Assembly (NCBI GenBank): GCA_052279835.1
Contig: CP181291.1
Span: 704,001-768,000 of the forward strand
Direction: 5' to 3'
Length of the DNA stretch: 64,000 nucleotides
From: Microcoleus sp.
GTDB taxonomy: Bacteria > Cyanobacteriota > Cyanobacteriia > Cyanobacteriales > Microcoleaceae
Shown here: in pieces, positions 11,569-20,714 of the stretch
How the letters are laid out: each line of letters begins with the position of its first letter
Numbering within the stretch: the first letter of the stretch is position 1
The notes under the pieces: model-generated
What the model was told of the DNA's origin: nothing
Seen by the model: only the letters and a program-made list of their open reading frames with translations
Database searches by the model: none
Position numbers and translations under genes: made by a program

Positions 11569-11976
11569 TTAAAAAGGACGCTCCATACTAACTTTGTTTC
11601 TGGCTTTACTGGGGACGCGGTAAGTATCCATTTTGGGATTTAGTTTGCGTCTCATTGCATCTTCGCCTAACAGGGTTTTAATTACTCCCATTGGCCACAC
11701 TATCAGGTAAAAAACTATCCCCAGAATAATCGGAGTTTCGATTTTGTTAAGGATGAGTCCAAACCGCATCCAAGCGTGATAAACGGGATTCAGGGATTTT
11801 GGCGCAACCAATGCTAGCACAACTAGCACTGCACCGATCGCCCAGGGCAACCAAGGTAGGGGATGACGGCGCAATAATGGTACTACTAAACCGAATAGTA
11901 GTGCTATCAAACCGCCGATTAGCAGCCCGAAATCGCGCAAGCCTTTTTTATCGAGTTTTTTTATTTCGTCGCTCAT
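11569..11976 (-). CDS. SxtJ family membrane protein
   Basis: LRDFGL, WMRFGLIL, C-terminal MERPF; located next to a carbamoyltransferase. Confidence 0.88.
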   Translation of the reverse strand: MSDEIKKLDKKGLRDFGLLIGGLIALLFGLVVPLLRRHPLPWLPWAIGAVLVVLALVAPKSLNPVYHAWMRFGLILNKIETPIILGIVFYLIVWPMGVIKTLLGEDAMRRKLNPKMDTYRVPSKARNKVSMERPF

Positions 11977-11982
11977 GGGAAA

Positions 11983-12123
11983 TAAGGAAGAAGGAAGAAG
12001 GAAGAAGGAAGAAGGAAGAAGGAAGAAGGAAGAGGGAAGAGGGAAGAGGGAAGAAAGCCCTTCGACGCTTCGACTCCGCTCAGCGCACCGATAACTAATG
12101 ACTAATGACTAATGACTAATAAC
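11983..12123. repeat. STRR heptamer tracts (GAAGAAG)n and (ACTAATG)n plus a TTCGACTCCGCTCA motif
   Basis: Direct tandem repeats visible; motif recurs inverted at about 38770-38785. Confidence 0.8.
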
Positions 12124-14102
12124 TAATCTAGTTCAAATTCATTTTTCCAAGCATCGTCTTGTTTCCAAGGAATTTGTTCCGATTTAGAAAGCAAGAAATT
12201 CTCCAAAACCAGATAGTCCATTTCAGTACGCATGAAACAGCGATAAGCATCCTCTGGAGTACAAACAATCGGTTCGCCACGGACGTTAAAAGAAGTATTA
12301 ACTAAAATGCCACATCCCGATCGCTTTTCAAAGTGACTAATTAAGTCATAGTACCGAGGATTAGTTTCCTTGTGAACCGTTTGGACCCGCGCCGAGTAAT
12401 CAACGTGAGTAACAGACGGAATCTCCGAGCGCGGAACGTTGAGCTTGTCAATGCCAAACAGTTGTTCTTGTTCGGGTGTCATCGGAATGCGGAGACTGGT
12501 TTTGACAGGAGCCACCAATAGCATATAAGGGCTAGAATGATCCATCTCAAAATAATCAGCAACACGTTCCGCTAAGACTGACGGCGCAAAAGGTCGAAAA
12601 GATTCCCGATATTTAATTTTCAGGTTCATGACCGACTGCATTTTAGCATTGCGGGGATCGCCAACGATCGATCGACCTCCGAGAGCCCGCGGACCAAATT
12701 CCATCCGTCCTTGAAACCATCCCACCACATTGCCCTGTTCCAGAATTTCTGCCAACTGGGGCATTAATTCGGCATCATCCAATCGATGATAGCTAGCTTT
12801 GACAGCATCCAAATATTCGAGAATTTCTGTGTCAGTAAACTTTGGCCCCAAATAAGAACCACGCATTTGGTCGCGACAAGTTAAATGAGCAATAGACTTA
12901 GTAACAGTTGCCACTGGTTGGTTGGTAGTTAGGATTTCTGTCCCATCTTCTGCCACTTCACTGGTAGAAATTACTTGACTTTTTTGCGGTTCTATGATGT
13001 TGACTGGCGAGTTCAGATTCACATTGCGCTCTGATTCACAATACTGATACCAAATCGCCAAAGCTGCGCCCAAAGCACCGCCAGCATCTCCTGCCGCTGG
13101 TTGAATCCAAATATCTTTGAAAATGCCTTCGCGCAAAATGCGGCCGTTAGCTACGCAGTTAAGAGCAACGCCACCAGCGAGGCAAAGATAATCGACATTC
13201 AATTCTTTTTTAACTGTTCTGCAAAGCCGCAGCACAACTTCTTCAGTGACAACTTGAATCGAAGCGGCAATATCCATTTCTCGCTGAGTTAATTTCCCTT
13301 CAGCTTTCCGTGGTGGCCCTTCAAATAGTTCGTCAAACTTCTGATTGGTCATGGTTAAGCCAACTGTATAGTTGAAATAATCCATGTTTAAACGGAAAGT
13401 GCCGTCATCTTTGAGGTCGATTAAATAGTTGAGAATTTTGTCTACATATTTGGGTTCGCCGTAGGGCGCTAAACCCATGAGTTTGTATTCACCTGAGTTG
13501 ACTTTGAAGCCTGTGTAGTAGGTGAAAGCGGAATAAAGCAAACCCAAGGAGTGAGGAAAATCGATTTCCCATTCAGGAGTTAGTTGGTTGCCATCTCCCA
13601 GCCAGACTGAGGTTGTCGCCCATTCTCCCACGCCGTCGAGACACAAAACGGCGGCTTTTTGAAACGGGCTGGGGAAAAATGCTGAGGCGGCGTGGGATTG
13701 GTGGTGTTCGGTAAATAGTAGAGATGGTTTGAGTTTTGAGGTTTTGCAGTTTGCCATTTCTGCAAGTTCTCTTTTGAGCATGGTTTTGAGGTATAGCTTT
13801 TCTTTTAGCCAGATGGGCATGGCGGTTAAGAAAGAGCGAAAACCTTTGGGTGCGTAGGCTAAATAGGTTTCGAGTAGGCGCTCGAATTTGACTAAGGGTT
13901 TGTCGTAAAAGACTATTCGATCGACTTCCTGTAGCTCAATTTTTGCTTCTTTTAGGCAATAGGCGATCGCATTCTTGGGAAATCTGGCATCGTGCTTTTT
14001 GCGGGAAAATCTTTCTTCCTGCGCTGCGGCGATAATTTCTCCCTCGCTAATTAAGGCTGCGGCGCTGTCGTGGTAGTACGCCGAGATTCCAAGTATGTTC
14101 AT
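12123..14102 (-). CDS. O-carbamoyltransferase (NodU/CmcH/SxtI/TobZ family)
   Basis: ILGISAYYHDSAAAL, EERFSR, HHQSHAASAF, GEYKLMGLAPYG, EFGPRALG, NTSFNVRGEP. Confidence 0.95.
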   Translation of the reverse strand: MNILGISAYYHDSAAALISEGEIIAAAQEERFSRKKHDARFPKNAIAYCLKEAKIELQEVDRIVFYDKPLVKFERLLETYLAYAPKGFRSFLTAMPIWLKEKLYLKTMLKRELAEMANCKTSKLKPSLLFTEHHQSHAASAFFPSPFQKAAVLCLDGVGEWATTSVWLGDGNQLTPEWEIDFPHSLGLLYSAFTYYTGFKVNSGEYKLMGLAPYGEPKYVDKILNYLIDLKDDGTFRLNMDYFNYTVGLTMTNQKFDELFEGPPRKAEGKLTQREMDIAASIQVVTEEVVLRLCRTVKKELNVDYLCLAGGVALNCVANGRILREGIFKDIWIQPAAGDAGGALGAALAIWYQYCESERNVNLNSPVNIIEPQKSQVISTSEVAEDGTEILTTNQPVATVTKSIAHLTCRDQMRGSYLGPKFTDTEILEYLDAVKASYHRLDDAELMPQLAEILEQGNVVGWFQGRMEFGPRALGGRSIVGDPRNAKMQSVMNLKIKYRESFRPFAPSVLAERVADYFEMDHSSPYMLLVAPVKTSLRIPMTPEQEQLFGIDKLNVPRSEIPSVTHVDYSARVQTVHKETNPRYYDLISHFEKRSGCGILVNTSFNVRGEPIVCTPEDAYRCFMRTEMDYLVLENFLLSKSEQIPWKQDDAWKNEFELD

Positions 14103-14119
14103 AAAAAAAAAACACGGTA

Positions 14120-14347
14120 AGTGGGAAACTCAGTGGCTTGTGCCCTGATAGGAAAACGACCCTTCGACTACGAGGAAGGGCATCGCAAATTCTTTGTTAT
14201 CATATTTTGAGTGGGGCTGGACGTGTTCCTCACTTTAAAACGCCGTAGAGGGAAACGATGGTCGTACCTTAAAGGAAGTTCTTGATATCCACAGGCGGGA
14301 CTCAGAATCCCAAACCATATCGCTTGTGATTGGTGTGGGAGCGTCAC
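14120..14347 (+). mobile_element. Non-autonomous IS200/IS605 remnant (left end + tnpB 3'/omega-RNA-like region + right end)
   Basis: Left-end-like gggaaactcagtggcttgtgccctga..ggaaaacgac; right-end hairpin 14308-14340 followed by TCAC; no ORF. Confidence 0.6.
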
Positions 14348-14421
14348 AATAGCTAACGATTATAGCTGCTTAAGTGCGGATTTGAACTTTTTATTCAACA
14401 GTCTCGGACGCGCGCCCACTA

Positions 14422-14488
14422 AAGAAACCGGATTTTTTACCGAATCTGCGGGCTGGAACGAAGGATTTTCGTAAAAAAACCCGGTTTA
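14422..14488. repeat. REP-like palindromic repeat (AGAAACCGG..TTT / AAACCCGGTTT)
   Basis: Same family at about 23320-23385, 25284-25316, 47088-47105, 47613-47677, 48579-48642. Confidence 0.75.
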
Positions 14489-14546
14489 TAGACCTCGATG
14501 CGTCCACGAATCTTCAATCCCAAATCTCAAATCTCAAATCCCCAAT

Positions 14547-15035
14547 CTACAATCGCTGAATCCGTCGCCACCAAGCCCTGAAGTATGTCACCAGGGGGAA
14601 TTGATAAAATTCACCTACCAACCACAGGACAATTCCTAAATGGGACAAAAATGCTAGCCCTGTCCAAGCTGCGGGCAACCACGACAGTCGGCTACCGGGA
14701 ACCGGGGGAAAATAGTAAGCTGACAGCCCTAGCAAAGTAGTGGGCAGGAAAATTAGACCCAGTGCTGCTGCTAAGTAGGGCCATCCGAATTCTACGCCTT
14801 CGAGGTGGGCTCCGATCCACTGTTTGCCGTTCCAGTGCCAAGTTACTGGTGGTGCTCGATCGGCCATTTTGAGCATTTGTCTTTCTTCGTTGCCGGTGAA
14901 AATGTGTTGACAGAAGTTGCAAGCTAGGGCTTCCATCATGGGCATGGGAGAAATTTCGCCCGTGCGACAAACTGGGCAAGGATATGTATGTTCAGGGTGG
15001 AAAGGACGGGTGGATTTTTGGGTGAAGGTTGGCAT
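14547..15035 (-). CDS. Hypothetical membrane protein with N-terminal Zn ribbon
   Basis: CPVC...CNFC plus two C-terminal TM segments. Confidence 0.8.
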   Translation of the reverse strand: MPTFTQKSTRPFHPEHTYPCPVCRTGEISPMPMMEALACNFCQHIFTGNEERQMLKMADRAPPVTWHWNGKQWIGAHLEGVEFGWPYLAAALGLIFLPTTLLGLSAYYFPPVPGSRLSWLPAAWTGLAFLSHLGIVLWLVGEFYQFPLVTYFRAWWRRIQRL

Positions 15036-15075
15036 GGATTAGAGATTTTGTCAAGAGATTGAACAATCTTAACGC

Positions 15076-15178
15076 AGTCATTAGTCATTAGTCAGTAGTC
15101 ATTAGTCATTAGTCAGTAGTTAGTAGTCAGTAGTTAGTAGTCATTAGTCATTAGTCATTAGTCATTAGTCAGTAGTCA
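15076..15178. repeat. STRR heptamer array (GTCATTA/GTCAGTA)n
   Basis: About 14 tandem heptamers. Confidence 0.9.
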
Positions 15179-15182
15179 ACCG

Positions 15183-16004
15183 TCAACTTTTTAATCGAAC
15201 TCGCCCGGAACTAAAGGCCTGTATTCGATCGCCCTCTAAACGCAATCGCAAACGACCACCTTCGTCAATGCCAGCGGCTTGTCCGTAGATGGTTTTGTCG
15301 GAAAGTTCGATCGCCACTGGGCAACCAAAAAGTGCATCACGGTGCTGTAATTCTGGCAACAGTCTGGCTAAACCGGATTTTCCGGCTGGTTTGTCATTTT
15401 TGTGAAACATATGGGCTAGTTCCAGGAGATAGTGTCGCAGTCGATCGAGCAAACACAGTTCATCTGGCACTTGGCTAGCTATAGAATGCAAGCTTACGGC
15501 ATTGCCGATCGCGCTGGCATCAAGTCCGCAGAGATCGAAGTCTACACACAGGTTGATGCCGATGCCGACTACGGCGCGAGTTGTGCCGCAAACATTGCTA
15601 GAAGTGGCTTCGCACAGAATTCCGGCTAATTTGCGGCGATCGATCCAAATGTCGTTTGGCCATTTCAGGCGCAGCAGAGTGCGACAGTCGGAAACTAAAT
15701 CTTCGATCGCATAAATCACGGCTAAACCGACGGCTAAACTGAGCCCAGGTAACAGATTAGTGTTGAGGTTGTCGAGTACAAAACTGGCAGTCAAAACACC
15801 GGTTGGGGCGTGCCATGTGCGCCCGTGTTGGCCTCTACCACTGGTTTGTCGTTTGGTGAATACGACATCTCCGTGGTTGAGTTGGGCTGCGCGGGCGATG
15901 GCGATCGTGTTGGTACTGGGACAGGTATCTAACCAGTGTAGCCAGTGAGGGATATTTGGGCGATCGGGTTCTGGGAATGGTGAAATTAAGGGCGATTCAG
16001 ACAA
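15183..16004 (-). CDS. birA: Biotin--[acetyl-CoA carboxylase] ligase
   Basis: STN, QTSGRGQHGRTW, KWPND, KLAGILCE, GIGIN. Confidence 0.92.
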   Translation of the reverse strand: MSESPLISPFPEPDRPNIPHWLHWLDTCPSTNTIAIARAAQLNHGDVVFTKRQTSGRGQHGRTWHAPTGVLTASFVLDNLNTNLLPGLSLAVGLAVIYAIEDLVSDCRTLLRLKWPNDIWIDRRKLAGILCEATSSNVCGTTRAVVGIGINLCVDFDLCGLDASAIGNAVSLHSIASQVPDELCLLDRLRHYLLELAHMFHKNDKPAGKSGLARLLPELQHRDALFGCPVAIELSDKTIYGQAAGIDEGGRLRLRLEGDRIQAFSSGRVRLKS

Positions 16005-16136
16005 GGTTTGATTGGTGGTATGGCAACCGCTGGTGTTAGCAAGTTAGACGTAACTAGCTTGCTTGTTCTGTAGCAGAGTAACCCATAATTGGAGTAAATT
16101 GGAATAAATCACAACATTCCACCTATAGTTCACTTT

Positions 16137-17115
16137 TTCAACTCCTCCATAATCGCTTCCTTCAGCTTGTGGGAGCTAGTCCCAACCAAATAGAGCGTAG
16201 TGGAGAGGAATTTTTAGGCAGTTTACCCAAGCCTCGTACAATTAAAGTGGTAGTCGCCAAACACCGTTCTAGTTTAATTGCACACCGTCACGCATTACTG
16301 CTGTAGGCTTTTTTGATTAAGTGTCACCTCTGAAAGATGGCGCTTGATTGCTTTTAACGCCACATTACGAGCGGCATTTAAACCACTTGGTTAATGAAAT
16401 GTCTAGCGACTTCAGTCGTTTCGCCTCTGTCGTTGGTTTCTAGGATTGTGGCAATGACGATGAACTTGTCTAGATCCATGTCAATTCCGCAGGTGCGAAA
16501 CGTACCTTTTGCCATGATTCCTTTGATGCCGCCCGTGGCAGGGACGTATTTTTCAAGTGGGAAAACTATCCACAAAGAACCGTTTTGAACCTGTACTCTA
16601 GGGGAGCCTTTTACCCATTCTGTCGGAACATCAGGAGATTGGTACTGATGTTTTATCCACTTCCATGAATCGCATACTAGCATTTTCAGAACAATGGAGA
16701 AACCATCATCCTCTTTCTACATTCCAGAATCGTACTGAGGGTTAAAGTTAAACGCTCTGGGATGAACAGGTGGCTTATGGTGCTTTATTCTTTTGGGGCG
16801 ATTCAACCATTTTTGATAAGTTGAATTCCAGCTTTGATAAGCACCAATTGCTTGTCTGATGGCGGCTCTCGACCTGGGAGAAGGAAAGCCTTTTACGAAA
16901 GGATGATTAGCCGTGAGTATTTCGTAGTAACGCCAGTTTCCATTTTCTTGGGTCGAGATGCTAATGCCTTGAGGAGCTTCCGCAATTAGTAGGAAATAGA
17001 AATGAACGATCTCGTTATAGGCTGCCTTAGTTGGCTGCATATCAAAACCAGAACGAAGCAATTTCGCCTTGACTGACTTAGTGGCAATGGAAAATCCTTT
17101 TTGACGTTTTAGCAT
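16137..17115 (-). pseudogene. tnpB: IS200/IS605 tnpB-like pseudogene with nonsense codon, internal deletion and retained 3' non-coding end
   Basis: ORFs 17115-16717 and 16683-16378 are in one frame split by TAG; RuvC-I GIDMD; a different frame gives SGLNAARNVALKA..* (stop 16295-16297); terminal hairpin 16141-16176. Confidence 0.75.
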
Positions 17116-17210
17116 CTTTCGACCTGAGATGTTTGTTGAACTCTGATTTTGAAATCAAGCTGATATGTCGCTCTATTGACTTACTCCAATATACTCTAAT
17201 ATTCGTGTTT

Positions 17211-18155
17211 CTAGTAATTAGACTTAGTATTTTTGCTGGTCAAATTTGGCTTGTTGCCTAATTTTTGGAAGTAAAGACTGCCGACGATGACTAAGAACAT
17301 AGCATAACCGAGCCCTTGGACCAGATAAAGTCGATCTCTGTATCCGAATAGTGCTTTGAGCACAATTCCAGGAAATTTGCGATCGGGCAAAATTGCCTCT
17401 GCATTCCACAGCATCGGACCTAAAATACAGGAGTGGAGTTGTGCAGTGCGATCGAAAAAAACACAAATCGCTGCATACTGGCTATCTGTCTGAGACAAAA
17501 TGGCAGCAGAGGAGTCAAAATGTTTGAGTGCGGATACTGCTAAGCCGGCGACGATTAGCAATAATAAGATTCCCATAAATTTGAAAAACTTGCCCAGTTC
17601 AATTTTGACACCCCACTGGAAAATTAGCGCGCCTATGATTGCCGCCCCAAGCAAACCGCCCAAAGCACCTAAAGCCGGAGTTAAACCTTGTTGAAATTGA
17701 GCGCTGACAAATATAACTGTTTCAAAACCTTCGCGAAGTACGGCGATAAAAATCAAGCCGAATACGCCCCAGCCAGCATTAGCATTTTCTGTCAAAGCTG
17801 CTGTTACTGCTCCTTCCACTTCTGCTTTAAGAAAGCGGGCTTGCTGAGTCATCCAAATTAGCATCCAGCTTAGCATTACTATGGCGACAATTCCCAGACC
17901 ACCTTCGAGTAGTTGCTTAATTACTGGTGCGTAAGGCTGATTTGATGTTGAGAGTATATAGAGTAACTGATTGAATAATGCACCCACACCAGCGCTAGCA
18001 CCTATGCCGGCTGCGATACCTGCATAAACCCAAGAATTGAGATTAGTTTGGTCGGCTTTTTTTAAGCAAGCTAGGACTATGCCGACGACTAAGGCGGCTT
18101 CTACGCCTTCGCGGAGGGTGATTACAAAGGTTGGGATGGCTTCAGTAAGGTTCAT
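17211..18155 (-). CDS. FTR1/EfeU family iron permease
   Basis: Two REGxE motifs (LREGVE, LREGFE); multiple TM helices. Confidence 0.93.
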   Translation of the reverse strand: MNLTEAIPTFVITLREGVEAALVVGIVLACLKKADQTNLNSWVYAGIAAGIGASAGVGALFNQLLYILSTSNQPYAPVIKQLLEGGLGIVAIVMLSWMLIWMTQQARFLKAEVEGAVTAALTENANAGWGVFGLIFIAVLREGFETVIFVSAQFQQGLTPALGALGGLLGAAIIGALIFQWGVKIELGKFFKFMGILLLLIVAGLAVSALKHFDSSAAILSQTDSQYAAICVFFDRTAQLHSCILGPMLWNAEAILPDRKFPGIVLKALFGYRDRLYLVQGLGYAMFLVIVGSLYFQKLGNKPNLTSKNTKSNY

Positions 18156-18308
18156 TTTTTCATAACGGCTAATTTGTAGTTAGTCCTTAGTAACTTCTGT
18201 GATTGAACCGCGAAGGCGCGAAGGACGCGAAGGAAGAGAAAGAAGAGAAGGATTAGGTACTCTTAATGCGGTTCGGGCGTAACTAAGGATTAAGGACTAA
18301 TGACTAAC

Positions 18309-18743
18309 TCAACTATAGTCCCGCAGCATTTTTTTGAGTTCTACTTGGTGCAATTCTTCTTGTCCAATCAGAGTGCGGGCGTATTCTTCGAGATAAACGC
18401 TGGAGTCTGTAACGACTTCTAGTAATGATTTATACTTTTTGAGAGCTTTTTTTTCGTGATTTAAGCTTTCTTCCAACAAGTCTCTTATCGAATGTTTGTA
18501 GGTTTCTTCGATGGGAGCAATTTTCTGGCTGGGATGTCCATCTAAACCTGTTAAAATTTCTCCTGCTTGTTGGGCGTGGAGTAGGGATTCGGTTGCTTGT
18601 GCTTGAAAAAACTGCACGATGGGAATCCGGTTTGGCCCTGTCACCATTAGTGCGTAGTGGGTGTAGCGTACTACTCCTGCTAGTTCCCATTCCATGATGG
18701 TGCATAGTAGTTCTTGGGTTTTTTTCTCGTCGAGTTCTTTCAT
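18309..18743 (-). CDS. Ferritin-like / bacterioferritin-family protein
   Basis: ELAGVVRY, ESLLHA, EELH ferroxidase-type ExxH motifs; 144 aa. Confidence 0.85.
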   Translation of the reverse strand: MKELDEKKTQELLCTIMEWELAGVVRYTHYALMVTGPNRIPIVQFFQAQATESLLHAQQAGEILTGLDGHPSQKIAPIEETYKHSIRDLLEESLNHEKKALKKYKSLLEVVTDSSVYLEEYARTLIGQEELHQVELKKMLRDYS

Positions 18744-19116
18744 TTGTTGTTTGAGATGTAGAATGCTTTACAGGGCGCAATTTATAATATCACATTTAAG
18801 TAATAATTTTAAATTAACCTGCGCCATAACTACCTTAATGGATAGATGTTTTAGGTTAGTGACGGGTTAACTTCTAAGGTTCCAGTAGGAGCGAATACCA
18901 CTGTCAAATTGGGGATTTGTGCTGGGCTGTTGCTACTGGTAGCTTTGGAAGATGTGGGCAGATTTGGTAGGGGAGTTTCTTGGGTCAAAACTCCAACGCC
19001 AACCCAAACTATAAAATCTAGGTGCAAGCTACTGTTAAAGGCGGGTAAACAATACGCTAAAGTTGAGTGTTGTACCACTGCTGGGTCTCCTTGAGTTGGG
19101 ATGATGCAGGAAGTTA

Positions 19117-19135
19117 TTTGAGAATAGTTGCATTA
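19117..19135. promoter_or_regulatory. Putative Fur box upstream of ferritin-FTR1
   Basis: tttgagaatagttgcatta resembles the cyanobacterial Fur consensus (TTGAGAAT-N-ATTCTCAA). Confidence 0.5.
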
Positions 19136-19330
19136 GTAGTTAGAGTTTTTTGAGAATAAAACCTATATTGCCAGAGCCGATCGCACATTAGCCCGATCGA
19201 CAACCGCTAAATTCTTGCTCGCTCTAGACCTAGTACCCAGAATATTTAGCTTTTGAGGTCAGGAATACCCAATCATCTTGCTTTAACCAGGTGTTTAGCT
19301 ATTTGGCTGCTTTGGTTAGCGCTCATAACT

Positions 19331-19351
19331 TAATGCTATCTATTCTCAATA
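19331..19351. promoter_or_regulatory. Second putative Fur box
   Basis: taatgctatctattctcaata, near-inverse copy of the first box. Confidence 0.45.
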
Positions 19352-19787
19352 ATCCTTGAGGATAAAACTAATTAGGAGGTTTCAGTTTTTTCTTTATATT
19401 TTTTTAAGGTTTATGTCAGAGCTTGACTATAGCTAGATTTTGCTGTTGAGTTCGTCGATCGAGGGGAGATTTGAGATTTGAATAATTCAGATCCGCGATC
19501 GCTCTTTTGGGAGCTCGATCGCCTTAGAATCGAGACTTATGGAAGAACTAAGGAGCTGGTGATGGTGTGTTTTGAGCCCTTGCTCAGTTAATTCTTCAGA
19601 ATTATTTAATTTGAAGGTAAAATCCTCGATCCTCTGGCTGTAAAGCCCGAATCTATGGGAAATAGTCGATCGCCCACCGCCCATACCCAGAGCGATCGCC
19701 CGCAGAAATACCCCCAGAGGGGGTTGTAAATTTTTGTAAAAAATAGTTGACTAAAGGGTTGAGAGTTCTCCCGTTTAGGATACATCG

Positions 19788-20714
19788 ATGCACATACCTG
19801 ATGGCTTTCTTTCACCGCCGGTAGCCATTGCCACCGGCATAGCAAGTGCAGCAGTAATCGCCGTTGCCCTGAATCGAACGCGCGAAAGTCTTGGGCTGCG
19901 GCAAGCCCCAATCATGGGTTTAACGACTGCTTTCGTGTTTGCAGCCCAGATGATTAACTTTCCCGTAGCCGGTGGCACTAGCGGACACTTGTTAGGAGGT
20001 GCCCTAGCATCTGTGGTGTTGGGGAACCCTTGGGCGGCAACTCTGGCAATGAGTACGGTGTTTATCATTCAGAGCGTTTTATTTGCCGATGGGGGTATAA
20101 CTGCCCTGGGAGCCAATATTTTTAATATGGGGCTAGTCGGAATTTGGGTAGGCTGGTGGCTGTTGCAGCCCTTGCAGCGACTGTTGGGAGGTTCCCGAAA
20201 TCGTTTGCCGCTAGCAGCGGGGATTGCAGCCAGCCTCAGCGTGGTTGCGGCTTCGATTTGCGTGGCAATCCAATTAGCAATTTCTGGAACAGTATCGCTT
20301 AATATGGCATTGCCAGCAATGGTAGGAGTTCATATTTTAATTGGGATTGGCGAAGGGGTAATTACAGCGGGTGTTTTAACTTATCTCGTCAAAGTACGGC
20401 CAGATTTGTTACCAGGAGAGCAACCACAATTGCAGAAATGGGTAGCACCAGTAATAGCGATTTTATTAATTAGTGGCGTGCTGTCACTATTTGCTTCCAG
20501 TTGGCCTGACGGGTTAGAATCGGTAGCGGAAAAATACGGTTTTAAAGAAAAAGAATCTGTGGCGATAGAAAATCCTACCCCCTTAGCAGATTACAGTGTT
20601 AAAGGATTAGAAGAACAGCCTATCGGTACCAGCATTGCTGGACTTTTAGGCTCTGCCGTCAGTTTCGGGGCGGCCTTTGGGATTGTTCAGTTAATTAAAC
20701 CAAAAGATGTCTAA
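19788..20714 (+). CDS. cbiM: ECF Ni/Co transporter substrate component CbiM/NikMN (PDGLE fusion)
   Basis: N-terminal MHIPDG; GTSGHLLGG; C-terminal PDGLE motif. Confidence 0.92.
   Translation: MHIPDGFLSPPVAIATGIASAAVIAVALNRTRESLGLRQAPIMGLTTAFVFAAQMINFPVAGGTSGHLLGGALASVVLGNPWAATLAMSTVFIIQSVLFADGGITALGANIFNMGLVGIWVGWWLLQPLQRLLGGSRNRLPLAAGIAASLSVVAASICVAIQLAISGTVSLNMALPAMVGVHILIGIGEGVITAGVLTYLVKVRPDLLPGEQPQLQKWVAPVIAILLISGVLSLFASSWPDGLESVAEKYGFKEKESVAIENPTPLADYSVKGLEEQPIGTSIAGLLGSAVSFGAAFGIVQLIKPKDV

Noticed and set aside
7493..14102. Saxitoxin biosynthetic cluster
   Set aside because: Only sxtI/J/K/L-like genes are present. No sxtA, sxtG, sxtB, dioxygenase or sulfotransferase genes occur in the window, and such homologs are known outside toxin clusters.
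15076..15178. CRISPR array (also considered at 28563-28778 and 46450-46650)
   Set aside because: These are contiguous 7-bp tandem repeats without unique spacers, and there are no cas genes.
19360..19787. Cobalamin riboswitch upstream of cbiMQO
   Set aside because: I could not find the conserved B12-box or GGGAA..CGGTG..AATCCG core by eye. An Rfam scan would settle it.
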